Assembly (NCBI GenBank): GCA_965205025.1
Contig: CBDBFU010000015.1
Location: 384,001-448,000 of the forward strand
Source of the DNA: Candidatus Poribacteria bacterium
GTDB lineage: Bacteria > Poribacteria > WGA-4E > WGA-3G
Direction: 5' to 3'
DNA: 64,000 bases
In this document: positions 30,421-40,288 of the stretch, piece by piece
Position numbering within the stretch: the first letter of the stretch is position 1
Layout of the letters: every line of letters starts with the position of its first letter
Program-made: the position numbers and the translations under genes
Notes under the pieces: model-generated
What the model saw: only the letters and a program-made list of their open reading frames with translations
What the model was told of the DNA's origin: nothing
The model's database searches: none

Positions 30421-30924
30421 TTACCAACCTCTGCGTTTCTTGATGATGGCATGAATATCAGTGTGGCAGTCCTTACAGAGCGAGACAAGATCGGATAGCG
30501 GTTCTTTGCCAATGTTGTCATAGCGTTTGTGATGCACGACGGAGGCGTTGGCACCACATACACATAAGTATCCATCGCGTTCTAAGACAGTTATCCGTTT
30601 GGCACGCCATGTATCCGTTTCTATATATCGCGGATAATGCTTGTCCCAGTTTCTGCTGATAAGTTCGTGCCAGTTTATTTGTGTTCCTATCCCTTTCAAT
30701 ATATCTCGTCCATCCGATGTAAGCCTGTATTTCCCTCTGCTGACAAACTCTATCGCCTCCATATCGCGTAGCTGGGTTAACGTACATAAGACGGTGACAG
30801 TCGGTGTGCTGGCGTTGGGATATTTCTCTATCAAACGATCGAGGTATTTCCATATATCTTTTGATGTGAATTCCTCCTGATTTATTTCTAATATAATTTG
30901 TGCGACTTCGCTTTTCCAACTCAT
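30421..30924 (-). CDS. Winged-helix (DpnI C-terminal-like) + HNH endonuclease
   Basis: EFT..DI...YP...L.QLRD..IEFVSRGKY; RDGYLCVCG...HH...LCKDCH..IH. Confidence 0.75.
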   Translation of the reverse strand: MSWKSEVAQIILEINQEEFTSKDIWKYLDRLIEKYPNASTPTVTVLCTLTQLRDMEAIEFVSRGKYRLTSDGRDILKGIGTQINWHELISRNWDKHYPRYIETDTWRAKRITVLERDGYLCVCGANASVVHHKRYDNIGKEPLSDLVSLCKDCHTDIHAIIKKRRGW

Positions 30925-31026
30925 TTTTAGTTATCGTCTGTTCCACATCCTAAAATTGTGATGGTAAGTATGCCAAAAATACTTGTGCCTAAAGTTCTCA
31001 TAAACATAATTTCTTCTTTCTTTGAG

Positions 31027-31057
31027 TACGGGGGTTTTTTCGTCTCCCCGAAGGACG
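31027..31057 (-). ncRNA. Putative pseudoknot element, subtype B
   Basis: CGUC-CUU-CGGGG-A-GACG-AAAAAAC-CCCCG. Confidence 0.55.
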
Positions 31058-31068
31058 CCTTAGGAGGA

Positions 31069-31110
31069 GTAGATTGTTTTTTAGAGACCCCACACAATCT
31101 ACAAAGCGAG
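31069..31110. repeat. Palindromic intergenic repeat (motif C; other copies 51554-51599, 55191-55233)
   Basis: GTAGATTGT-N~19-ACAATCTACAAARCGAG. Confidence 0.75.
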
Positions 31111-31125
31111 GAAGCGAAAGTACTA

Positions 31126-34100
31126 TTACTTTAGAATCAACATCCTGCGCGTGGCGGTGAACTCACCCGCAGTCAACATATAAAAATACAAACCACTTGC
31201 CACAGGTTCACCGTGTGCATTTCTGCCATCCCAATACGCAGCACGACTCGGACTATTATAAAAGCCTGCGGATTGAAAACCGAGCGAAAGGGTACGTATC
31301 AGTTTCCCCGAAGTATCATAAATGGAAATAGATACATGACTCTTTTCTGTGAGTTGATAAGGTATCCAGGTTTCGGGGTTGAACGGGTTCGGGTAGTTCT
31401 GCAACAACTTATTCTGTTGCGGTTTACCGATGCTATCAAACTTGACAGATAATAGTGCGTTTGCCAGGTTCTCAGGTGTCACTTTAATACTGCGGGTTTG
31501 TGATTCAACATTGCCTCCCGGACCTATGACGCGTAATTCAATCACGTCTCCAACTTTGACAACGCTCCGCCGCGCTAAGTCGGCAGTTGCAGCAGCAAAG
31601 TAATTACCTCGCACCGAGGCGGTTATCTTGCCGTTTGTTCTCAAGTTACGGACGATGACCTTGTAACCGTCAAACGTTGGTTTGCCTTCCAATTGTCCAC
31701 TTACCACGAATGCCCAGGCTTCTTGGACAACATCCCCTGTCAAGGGGGTAATGGCAGATGGTGCAGCAGAAGTCTCCGTTTGATTTGTCCATCGTGAGCC
31801 GACAAAGGCAAAATTGCGAGTCTGTGGGACATTGACAATGTACCCTTTTCCACCTTCAATAGCGAATCCATCGTTTGGTGCATCTGGTGTCCACCCGATG
31901 AACCGTTGTTTTTCAGCATCAAGTGCTATGACAATAGTCGCACCAGCTATCCCAGCAAGTGATTTTGCAGTCATCGGTTTCGGTGGTGCTAAAGGCACAG
32001 AAAGCATGTTTAAACCTTTCGTCAACGTGACGTTGAAGATGTTGCCAAACTGATCGCTTTCCTCCTTGGGAGTTGGTCTCGCGATAAATCCATGTCTGCG
32101 TCCATCCGATGAGTCATAGTGTCCGACAATGGAACCATCCTGATTGATATTCCACCCCTCCGTGCTGATGCTGCCGGGAAACCGCAACTCACGTAGGTTA
32201 AGGGGATTGCCGAAATAGGTGCGCGGGACATCTCCTATTGCTTTAGCTCTGCCAACGACGGTCCTTGACTCGTTGAGACCGTGTAGAAAAAAGTATTCCA
32301 GATTCAGTGCATCTGGAAGGTCAATATATAAGAACCTACCCGTCGGGCCACGCACAAATGCATGATATATGCCTTCAGCATCCGTGTGACTCCCCACGAT
32401 ACTGCCCGTCCAACTCACAAAATCGGCATAAGTTTCCGATGCCCCGGGGACCTCAACGATTGTGTCGCCTGAGAACCCGCGGCGAACACCTGAAGCATCT
32501 ATAAAATTACCCGTTAGGGCACCCGTTGCATCACTAATGCCGTATATCTCCGTTTGGACGGCATTCGGGAAATCGTATCGGGCGCAACTCACCGTTTTCT
32601 AAGACGACACCGTGGTACAAGCCATTGCTATCCTCATAGTGTCCCGCGACTGTCCCATCATTCCCCAACGCATAGAAGTAAGTGTTCTTTGAATCCGGGA
32701 AATCATGACGCGTAAAAACACCATCAATAAGCGTAAAGCCGACAGTTTTAGTGCCATCTTCACTTTTCGTGTTTCCTGCATAGTCTCCATAGTCACTGCT
32801 GGCGGTCAACGCTAAAAAATGGACACCCGGAACATCAATACTCTCATAAGTAAAGCCGATGGGTGTGCCAATGCGTCTATTACTGGTTCTTGTATCAGTG
32901 CTCTCTATGGGTCTTGCGATAAATCCGTATCTGCGGCCATCGGGTGTGTCATAGTGTCCGACGACGGATCCGTCCTGATTGATATTCCAACCCTCTGTGC
33001 CAACGCTATCCGGAACGCGCAATTCTTGTAGGTTGAGGGGGTTGCCGACATAAGTGCGTGGGACACCATCCACCGGTTTGGCGCGACCAACAGCAATCAG
33101 TGCATCGTTGAGACCGTGGAGGAAAAAGTAGTCCAACTCTCCTTTTAGTGGAAGGTCGAGTGTTGCCAAACTACCCCCTGGACCACGGAAGTATGCATGA
33201 TATGTCCCTGCAGCATCCACGTAGCTACCCACGGTATTACCTAACCCGCTCACAAAATCGGCATAAGTTGCCGATGCGCCGGGAAACTCAATGATTGTGT
33301 CGCCTGAGAACCCGCGGCGAACACCAGAAGCATCTACCATATTACCCGTTAGTCTCCCTGTGGAGTCACTATAACCGAAGATTTGGGTTTCGACTGCACC
33401 CGGAAAATCGTATTGGCGTAGTACTCCATCTTCTCCTAAGATGACACCGTGGTAGAGTCCATCGCTATCCTGGTAGTGTCCGGCGGCGACCCCATTGTTA
33501 CCGAGCGCGTAGAAATAAGTGCCTTGTGCCCCAGGGAAATCGTAGGTGGTAAAGACACCATCAATTAGCGTAAAACCAACCATTTTTTCGCCATCGGCAC
33601 TCGGGGTGTTGCCTGCGTAGTCCTCAAAGTCGCTACTCGCTGTCACGGCTAAAAACTCTACACCCGGCACCGCAATTGTCTCGAATGTATAGTTGACATT
33701 AGCGGGGGCAACGGGTTCTTCTACAACAGGTTCTTCGGTGTCCATTATAGGTCTGGCGACAAACCCGTATCTATGTCCATCCGCTGAGTCATAGTGCCCG
33801 ACGACCGAACCATCCTGATTAATATTCCACCCCTCCGTGCTAACGGCACCCGGGAACTGCAATTCATGTAAACCTTCGGCACCGCCGACATAAGTGCGCG
33901 GGACATCATCCACCGCTTTGGATCGAGCCACGATAACACCAGCATCGCTGATACCATGCAAAAATATGTATTCAAACTCTGGTGTGTCTGTAAAACGTTG
34001 TAGGTCTGCCCTATTTCTATAGTCCAAAGATAGAAACCTTTCATCCGAGGTCCGCACGTATCCCTCATATTTCCCTTCAGCATCTACGTAACTGCCAACG

Positions 34101-36469
34101 ATACTGCCGTGCTCATTCACAAAATCGGCATAAGTTTCCGCTGCTCCAGGGAATTCAACGATGATGTCGCCTGAGAACCCGCGGCGAACCCCGGAAGCAT
34201 CTATATAATTACCGGTCAATGCCCGGTCGCATCAGAAATGCCGTGTATGAACGTTTCAACGGCATCCGGGAAATCATATTGGCGCAACTCGCCATCTTCC
34301 AAGATGACACCGTGGTGCAGACCGTCGCTGTCCTCGTAGTATCCAGCAGCGATACCTGTATTACCCAGGGCATAGAAATAAGTGTTCTTTGCACCAGGGA
34401 AATGATATGTCGTAAACACCCCGTCAATGAGCGTAAAGCCGACTATATTTTCACCATCAGCACTTTTCGTGTAGCCAGCGTAATCCTCATGGTCACTACT
34501 CGCCGTCACCTGTAAAAAATCTATACCTGGAACATCAATACTCTCAAAAGTATAGCTTGCCCCGGCGAGGTCGAGTTCAATAGGTTCGTGGCTAACATGT
34601 GGAGCGGTGTCCGCATCGGGTCTGGCGATAAACCCGTGTCGTTTTCCATCCGCTGTGTCATAGTACCCAACGACAGAACCATCCTCATTGATATTCCAAC
34701 CCTCTGTGCTGACGCTGCCCGGGAACCGAAACTCATAGACACCGTGGCTCCCACCGACATAAGTGCGTGGCACATCATCCACACGTTTGATGCGGACAAC
34801 GTAAATCAATGCTTGATTGACACCGTGCGCAAAAAGATATTCTATATTTTCTGCATGTGGAAAGTTTAAAGATGTAATCCTGCCTGGGGAAATCATATAC
34901 ATGTGATAGATACCTTCACCGTCTACGTAGCTGCCCACGACGCGACCTGTAGCATTGACAAAATCTGCGTAGGTCTCAGATGCCCCGGGAATCTCAATGA
35001 TTGTCTCGCCTGAGAACCCGCGACGTACACCGGAAGTATCTATATAATTACCGGTCAATACACCGGTCGCATCAGAAATGCCGTGTATGAACGTTTCGAC
35101 GGCACCCGGAAAATCGTATTGGCGCAACTCACCGTCTTCCAAGATGACACCGTGATGCAGACCGTCGCTGTCCTCGTAATGTCCGGCAGCGATGCCTGTA
35201 TTACCCAGGGCATAGAAATAGGTGTTCTTTGCACCAGGGAAATGATATGTCGTAAACACCCCATCAATAAGCGTAAAGCCGACTATATTTTCACCATCAG
35301 CACTTCGGGCGTTGCCTGCGTAATCCTCAAGATCGTTACTCGCTGTCAACTCTAAAAAATCTACACCCGGAACTTCAATGCTCTCAAAAGTATAATTGAA
35401 GTCCGAACTCGCCGTCAGCTCTAAGAACGCTATACTCGGAATATCAGCATTCACAAAGGTATAATCGGAGTCAGCGTGTGTATCAACATGTTCATCGTCA
35501 ACAGGTGGAGTAGTATCGCCTTCAGGTCTGGCGATAAATCCGTATCTATGCCCATCTGCTGTGTCATAGTACCCGACGACGGAGTCGTCCTGATTGATAT
35601 TCCAACCCTCTGTGCTCACACTGCCCGGAAATTGCAATTCATGAAGCGTTGAGACCACCTGTTCCGCAGACAAGTCCTGATCGCTCGAAAACTGAAAATC
35701 CTCTAATCCTTGGATGAGTTTGCCGACATAAGTGCGCGGGACATCACCCAACGCTTTGTTTCGGACAATGTAACTCAATGTATCATTGAGACCGTGAAGA
35801 AAAAAGTACTCAAGAAATTCTGCCCCCGGAATCTTGACAAATGTAAACTTGCCGTTCGGATTATACACATAAGGATGGTATATTCCATCAACATCTACGT
35901 AGCTACCCACGACGGCACCTGACGCATTGACAAAATCGGCATAAGTCTCACGCGCTCCGGGCACCTCAATGATGGTCTCCCCAGTAAAGCCGCGACGAAT
36001 ACCAGAAGCATCTATAAAATTACCTGTCAATACCCCGGTCGCATCACTAATTCCGAGTATTTGCGTTTCAACGGCACCCGGATAATCGTATTGACGCAAC
36101 TCGCCATTTTCCAAGATGACACCATGGTATAGCCCCTCACTGTCTTCGTAGTGTCCTGCAGCGCGTCCATCATTACCAAGGGCGTAGAAGTAAGTGTTCT
36201 TTGCATCGGGGAAATGGTATGTTGTGAAAAACGCCATCAATGAGCGTAAAAGCGACATTTTTTTCGCCATCAGCACTTTTCGTGTAGCCAGCGTAGTCCT
36301 CAAAGTCGCTACTCGCTGTCAACGCTAAATAGTCTACACCGGGGACATCTATTGTCTCAAAAGTGTAGTTGGGGTCGCTGGATTCATCGTTAACTTGTGC
36401 TAAGGAATTGGCGCACATCAACAGTATAAATATGAAATACATAAAGCTAAGTTTCATTGGATTTCTCAT
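31126..36469 (-). pseudogene. Secreted repeat protein (five ~270-aa modules plus FlgD-Ig tail) split by three single-base frameshifts; paralog of 52472-55171
   Basis: ORFs 36173-36469, 34216-36303, 32534-34219 and 31126-32592 continue one another; indels in short homopolymers near 36228, 34222 and 32581. Confidence 0.85.
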
Positions 36470-36547
36470 GATGAAAGTCTCCCTAAATTATTTTGTTAAT
36501 TTCAAATATTCCTTTTTCCAATTCATTGCGTCCCTGATATTGTATAG

Positions 36548-36632
36548 TGCGGGGGGTTTTCGTCTCCCCGCAGGACGTTTCAGATAACCCTATGGCAGCT
36601 ATTTATGATACGCCACTACCGGGCGAAGTATG
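36548..36632 (-). ncRNA. Tandem pseudoknot module: subtype A (36594-36632) then subtype B (36548-36578)
   Basis: UUCGCC-C-GGUAGU-GGCG-UAUCAUAAAUA-GCUGCC ... ACGUCCUGCGGGGAGACGAAAACCCCCCGCA. Confidence 0.55.
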
Positions 36633-36638
36633 AAAACC

Positions 36639-37811
36639 TTATTCAGTCGTAGTCGCGCCAGCAACAAATGTATGTGGCACTATTTGCCCATTTTCAATCT
36701 TCATAATACCAACACCTTTGACGGCATGGCGTTGTGCATCAAAATGAGAAATAAAGGTGGCTCCCATGTAGTTTTGCGTTGCAGCAATCGCGTCTCGGAC
36801 GATGACCGGATCAGTGGATTGTGTTGTCGCAATTGCCATCGCCAATAAGCGCACATTATCATACCCTGATGCAGCGACACCATCAGCCACTTCACCGAAC
36901 TTCGTTTGATAGGCTTGTATGAATTGTTTTGTGCTCGGATCTTCTGATGTTAGGTCAAGGTTGGTTGTATAGTAAGTGCCTTCAAGCGGCGTGTTATCCT
37001 GGAGAGTGCCGAACATATTTTCAGGGTCTTCCATACCATCACCCCCGATAAATATAGCTTCAATCTCCATCGCTCTGGCAGCTTCCATGATGCGCGGTAC
37101 TTCTGGGGCAAAACTGGCGAGGAATAGCACATCCGGATCGGCTGCTTTGATAGCGGTGAGTTGTTGTGTGAAATCCATCGCACCGGCTTGGTACAACTGT
37201 TCATCAGCGAGGGTGCCACCGAGTTTTTGAAATTCGGTATCAAAAGCATCAGCGATGCCTCTTGAATAGACATCTTGATCTTGCAATATTATCGCTGCGG
37301 TTGCTGCTTTGAGCTCCTCAACAGCGAAATTTGCCATCAACTCACCATGTAAAACATTGGAACCAGTCACAAGGAAAATAAAATCGTTGGTTTGGGTGAC
37401 ACGACGCGCATCGGCTGCACCGGCAAGCATCGGGACTTGAATATTCGGATCAATTTTTACCGCATGGCTGGAAAACACGGGACCGATGATACCCACGACT
37501 TTTTCAACTTCAACCAATTCCGTGAGGGTATCGGTAAGGGTGTCCGTGAGTTCATCTTTGTGGACGAGCTCCACTTGCATGCCGTTCACACCACCGGCAG
37601 CGTTGATGACATCTCGGGCGAGTTCCGCTCCTCTGGTGAAACTTGGATAATAGTTCGGGGGTTGAAGGATACCTACTTTCAATGTGGTATCTGTGGGTGT
37701 ATCCGTCATAGCTGACATCAGCACATTTTTCGTTTTGTCGCACCCGAACATAAATGTAACTGTGAACATAAATGTAATACTTAAAAGTAATCTCAAAACT
37801 ATCGTTCTCAT
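36639..37811 (-). CDS. LivJ/LivK-type solute-binding lipoprotein (orphan)
   Basis: MFGC lipobox; INAAGGVNG, IIGPVFSS, DFTQQLTAIKAADPD. Confidence 0.9.
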   Translation of the reverse strand: MRTIVLRLLLSITFMFTVTFMFGCDKTKNVLMSAMTDTPTDTTLKVGILQPPNYYPSFTRGAELARDVINAAGGVNGMQVELVHKDELTDTLTDTLTELVEVEKVVGIIGPVFSSHAVKIDPNIQVPMLAGAADARRVTQTNDFIFLVTGSNVLHGELMANFAVEELKAATAAIILQDQDVYSRGIADAFDTEFQKLGGTLADEQLYQAGAMDFTQQLTAIKAADPDVLFLASFAPEVPRIMEAARAMEIEAIFIGGDGMEDPENMFGTLQDNTPLEGTYYTTNLDLTSEDPSTKQFIQAYQTKFGEVADGVAASGYDNVRLLAMAIATTQSTDPVIVRDAIAATQNYMGATFISHFDAQRHAVKGVGIMKIENGQIVPHTFVAGATTTE

Positions 37812-37834
37812 TGATTGTCTCCTTTTATTTTTAG

Positions 37835-37923
37835 TGTGGGGATTTTGCGTCTCCCCGCAGAACGTGGTAGTAGTATATAAGCCAGTGATTTTGTATACAC
37901 GCGACTGGCAGCGGCGAGGTGTT
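37835..37923 (-). ncRNA. Tandem pseudoknot module: subtype A (37881-37923) then subtype B (37835-37865)
   Basis: CUCGCC-GCU-GCCAGU-CGCG-UGUAUACAAAAUC-ACUGGC ... ACGUUCUGCGGGGAGACGCAAAAUCCCCAC. Confidence 0.5.
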
Positions 37924-37985
37924 ATGGCTTTACGACAATATTGACAGCGTATAAGTTGTCTCTCTATTTTCGCTCAACAAATGCA

Positions 37986-38603
37986 TCATTTATCATTGTT
38001 TGGTAATAATTGTAATTTGAGTAGCAACCATTTTGCACACCATGGATCGAAGATATTACCATCTACTGATGCTTTTTCAGCATCAGAAAGTAGCCGCTGT
38101 GCCTCTTCGTTAGTTAGTGTCACTGCTTTGTGTATTGGAAGCCCAGTAATGTTTTCAATAGCGTCTATATAGTAAACATGGTAAGGAAACATATTATCTC
38201 TTAGATATGTTTCTTCCAATGTGTAATCCGCTCCATCCCCACCTGATTCTCCACAGGGACTGCGAAGTGTCAACAACATACCACGAAGCACTGGAAGACA
38301 GGATTCTAACTTTAGGTGTCCTGCGACTAAAACTGCTGGAGTAGAATAATCCTGGATAAAAATAGCAATTTCCTTTTCAATTTCCATTTTATTCCTTTCA
38401 AGCCATATCAACTCCTGATCACTAAAATTTCTATCAACAGGATCAACCGTCCAATCATAATATGCTAACTTTCTTGCTATCCGAAAACCAATTACCTCAT
38501 CAGACAATGTAGTTTTTTCTGAGGGCACCATGCAACCACCCAGCAACAAACAAACAAGTGCGTAACTTATTGCGATACAAATAATCAATCTTGATATTTT
38601 CAT
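37986..38603 (-). CDS. Hypothetical lipoprotein
   Basis: AAGGA RBS, MKISRLII...LLGGC lipobox; start reassigned to 38603. Confidence 0.7.
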   Translation of the reverse strand: MKISRLIICIAISYALVCLLLGGCMVPSEKTTLSDEVIGFRIARKLAYYDWTVDPVDRNFSDQELIWLERNKMEIEKEIAIFIQDYSTPAVLVAGHLKLESCLPVLRGMLLTLRSPCGESGGDGADYTLEETYLRDNMFPYHVYYIDAIENITGLPIHKAVTLTNEEAQRLLSDAEKASVDGNIFDPWCAKWLLLKLQLLPNNDK

Positions 38604-38616
38604 AGAGTATTCCTTT

Positions 38617-39129
38617 TTAATTGTTTGTTGGTTCACGGAACACTGATAACAGGATGTCATCCGTTTCCGCCCCGTGTTCCTCTGCAAGTTGCTCAATTGA
38701 CATTTCGGGGTCGCTGACTGTATAACCGTCATTGCCAAGTCGTTTCACAAGGGTGTCCACGTCCAGGTCAACAATCGGTGCCATTCGCGTAATAGACGTT
38801 TGCTCCATTTTCTCCATTATCAATTCTTCAGGTTCGCCTTGACTGAAAATGGCAGTTCTTGCGACCAGTCCGACACCTATCAACCACGCCACTGTGATGA
38901 TAATCACACTGCGCTGAGAGAAATACTTTTTGAAGGGTCTCCAATTCGTGTAGATGTGAAGCACAATTGCAACTGAAAATCCGAGACCAACGATCTCATG
39001 TGCAGACAGGAAAGGTTGTTCCGTAGTAAAGAACATAAGCAGTCCTGTCATCGCTGAAATAATACCTGCCCCTATAATGAGAGGCGTAGCAAATCGTCTA
39101 ATGTTTAGTTTTTTCATGTTTATCACCAT
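38617..39129 (-). CDS. DUF4405-like membrane protein
   Basis: TGLLMFF...AHE..GL.F...LHI..NWRPFKKYF; three TMs. Confidence 0.7.
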   Translation of the reverse strand: MVINMKKLNIRRFATPLIIGAGIISAMTGLLMFFTTEQPFLSAHEIVGLGFSVAIVLHIYTNWRPFKKYFSQRSVIIITVAWLIGVGLVARTAIFSQGEPEELIMEKMEQTSITRMAPIVDLDVDTLVKRLGNDGYTVSDPEMSIEQLAEEHGAETDDILLSVFREPTNN

Positions 39130-39153
39130 ATCTATCAGATTACTAATGAAGTT

Positions 39154-39187
39154 GAATCGGTTACAATATCCTGTTATAACCGATTCG
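39154..39187. terminator. Stem-loop downstream of 39208-40263
   Basis: GAATCGGTTA...TAACCGATTC inverted repeat. Confidence 0.45.
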
Positions 39188-39207
39188 CCTTTAGGTTGTG
39201 TATAACA

Positions 39208-40263
39208 CTACTGCCCTATATCAGGAGCGATACCGGGCGAACCAATATCGTTTTTATTTCCGTAGTATGTGCGTTGTTTTTCTGTTAGATTTGCCTTTGT
39301 AGCAGGGATCCAACTCTCTTTTTTGGTGCCATCAAGTGCGACACCTTTGCTGTAAAGGCGCATCACAGAAATACGGTGTCCATCACGGCTCAAACCTCTG
39401 TGTCCGAGATCGAACTGCCAGAGCCGAGTCTCTCCATCAAAGTTGCCAGCTTTGTCCACCACATTCCCTTCACTATTTATCAGTTTTATAGAGAATGCTT
39501 CTACGCTGAGCATAGAACCCCACAGACCCAACGATGAATCGCTATCCCAATAAAGGTCGTAAACCTTGTGTTCAGGAATGGCTTGGTGCTCGTCATCAGA
39601 TGCTGCCCCTGATGAAATAATCAGAACAGTCTCATACGGGTACACCGTGGGGACATCATTATGGAGATTATCCTCAAAGGTGATTTCCACTGTTGCATTT
39701 TCTGAATCGGTTAAATCTGGCGTGTTTTGATTTTCAATAAGCACTGTCCACCCCCTAAGACTGATTGGCTTACTACCAGAATTGTATAATTCTATCCATT
39801 GCGGTGGTGAAAACGATTTTTCCGCTGCATACATGATTTCACTAATAGAGAGGGTGCCTGGTGTTCCTATCATCATTGGCGGTTCAGGTTCATCATCCAC
39901 ATTGGTATTAGATGGTCCCGTAACAGCAGTCTCAGGCGTGTCATCTGTCGGTGCAGCAACACTTCTACCGAAAGCACCTGCCACCAAGACAAGATCCAGG
40001 ATATTGACAACCCCATCATCGTTCACATCTGCATCATTCTCTCCGCGCTCTCCAAAACTTGATGCAACTAACACAAGGTCTAATATATTTATAGTCCCAT
40101 CGTCATTGAGATCCAGTTTTGGGTCTGCTTCCTCCTGGATAACTTCTTCTTGGATAGCTTCAGATGTGTCCTGAGCGTAACAAACACCTAACAGTCCACA
40201 TATTAACAACAATACTGCGAAAATAGACAGTATTCTATTTGCATTTACAACTTTCATTTTCAT
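39208..40263 (-). CDS. Secreted dockerin + lamin-tail domain protein
   Basis: DLNDDG.INILDLVLVA twice; ISEIMY...QWIELYN...GSPG. Confidence 0.85.
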   Translation of the reverse strand: MKMKVVNANRILSIFAVLLLICGLLGVCYAQDTSEAIQEEVIQEEADPKLDLNDDGTINILDLVLVASSFGERGENDADVNDDGVVNILDLVLVAGAFGRSVAAPTDDTPETAVTGPSNTNVDDEPEPPMMIGTPGTLSISEIMYAAEKSFSPPQWIELYNSGSKPISLRGWTVLIENQNTPDLTDSENATVEITFEDNLHNDVPTVYPYETVLIISSGAASDDEHQAIPEHKVYDLYWDSDSSLGLWGSMLSVEAFSIKLINSEGNVVDKAGNFDGETRLWQFDLGHRGLSRDGHRISVMRLYSKGVALDGTKKESWIPATKANLTEKQRTYYGNKNDIGSPGIAPDIGQ

Positions 40264-40288
40264 ACAAAACTCCTTTTGATTGTTTGTT

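Noticed and set aside
27967-37865. Subtype B as a c-di-GMP-I riboswitch (GACGCAAA core) or an HDV-like ribozyme (plus-strand GUC-UCCCCGC)
   Set aside because: No GGCAAA / GNRA-receptor P2-P3 context, and no P1/P2/P4 nested pairing for an HDV fold.
21455-37923. Subtype A as integron attC sites
   Set aside because: An AAC is present at the 5' side in some copies, but there is no full RYYYAAC...GTTRRRY palindrome and no integrase in the window.
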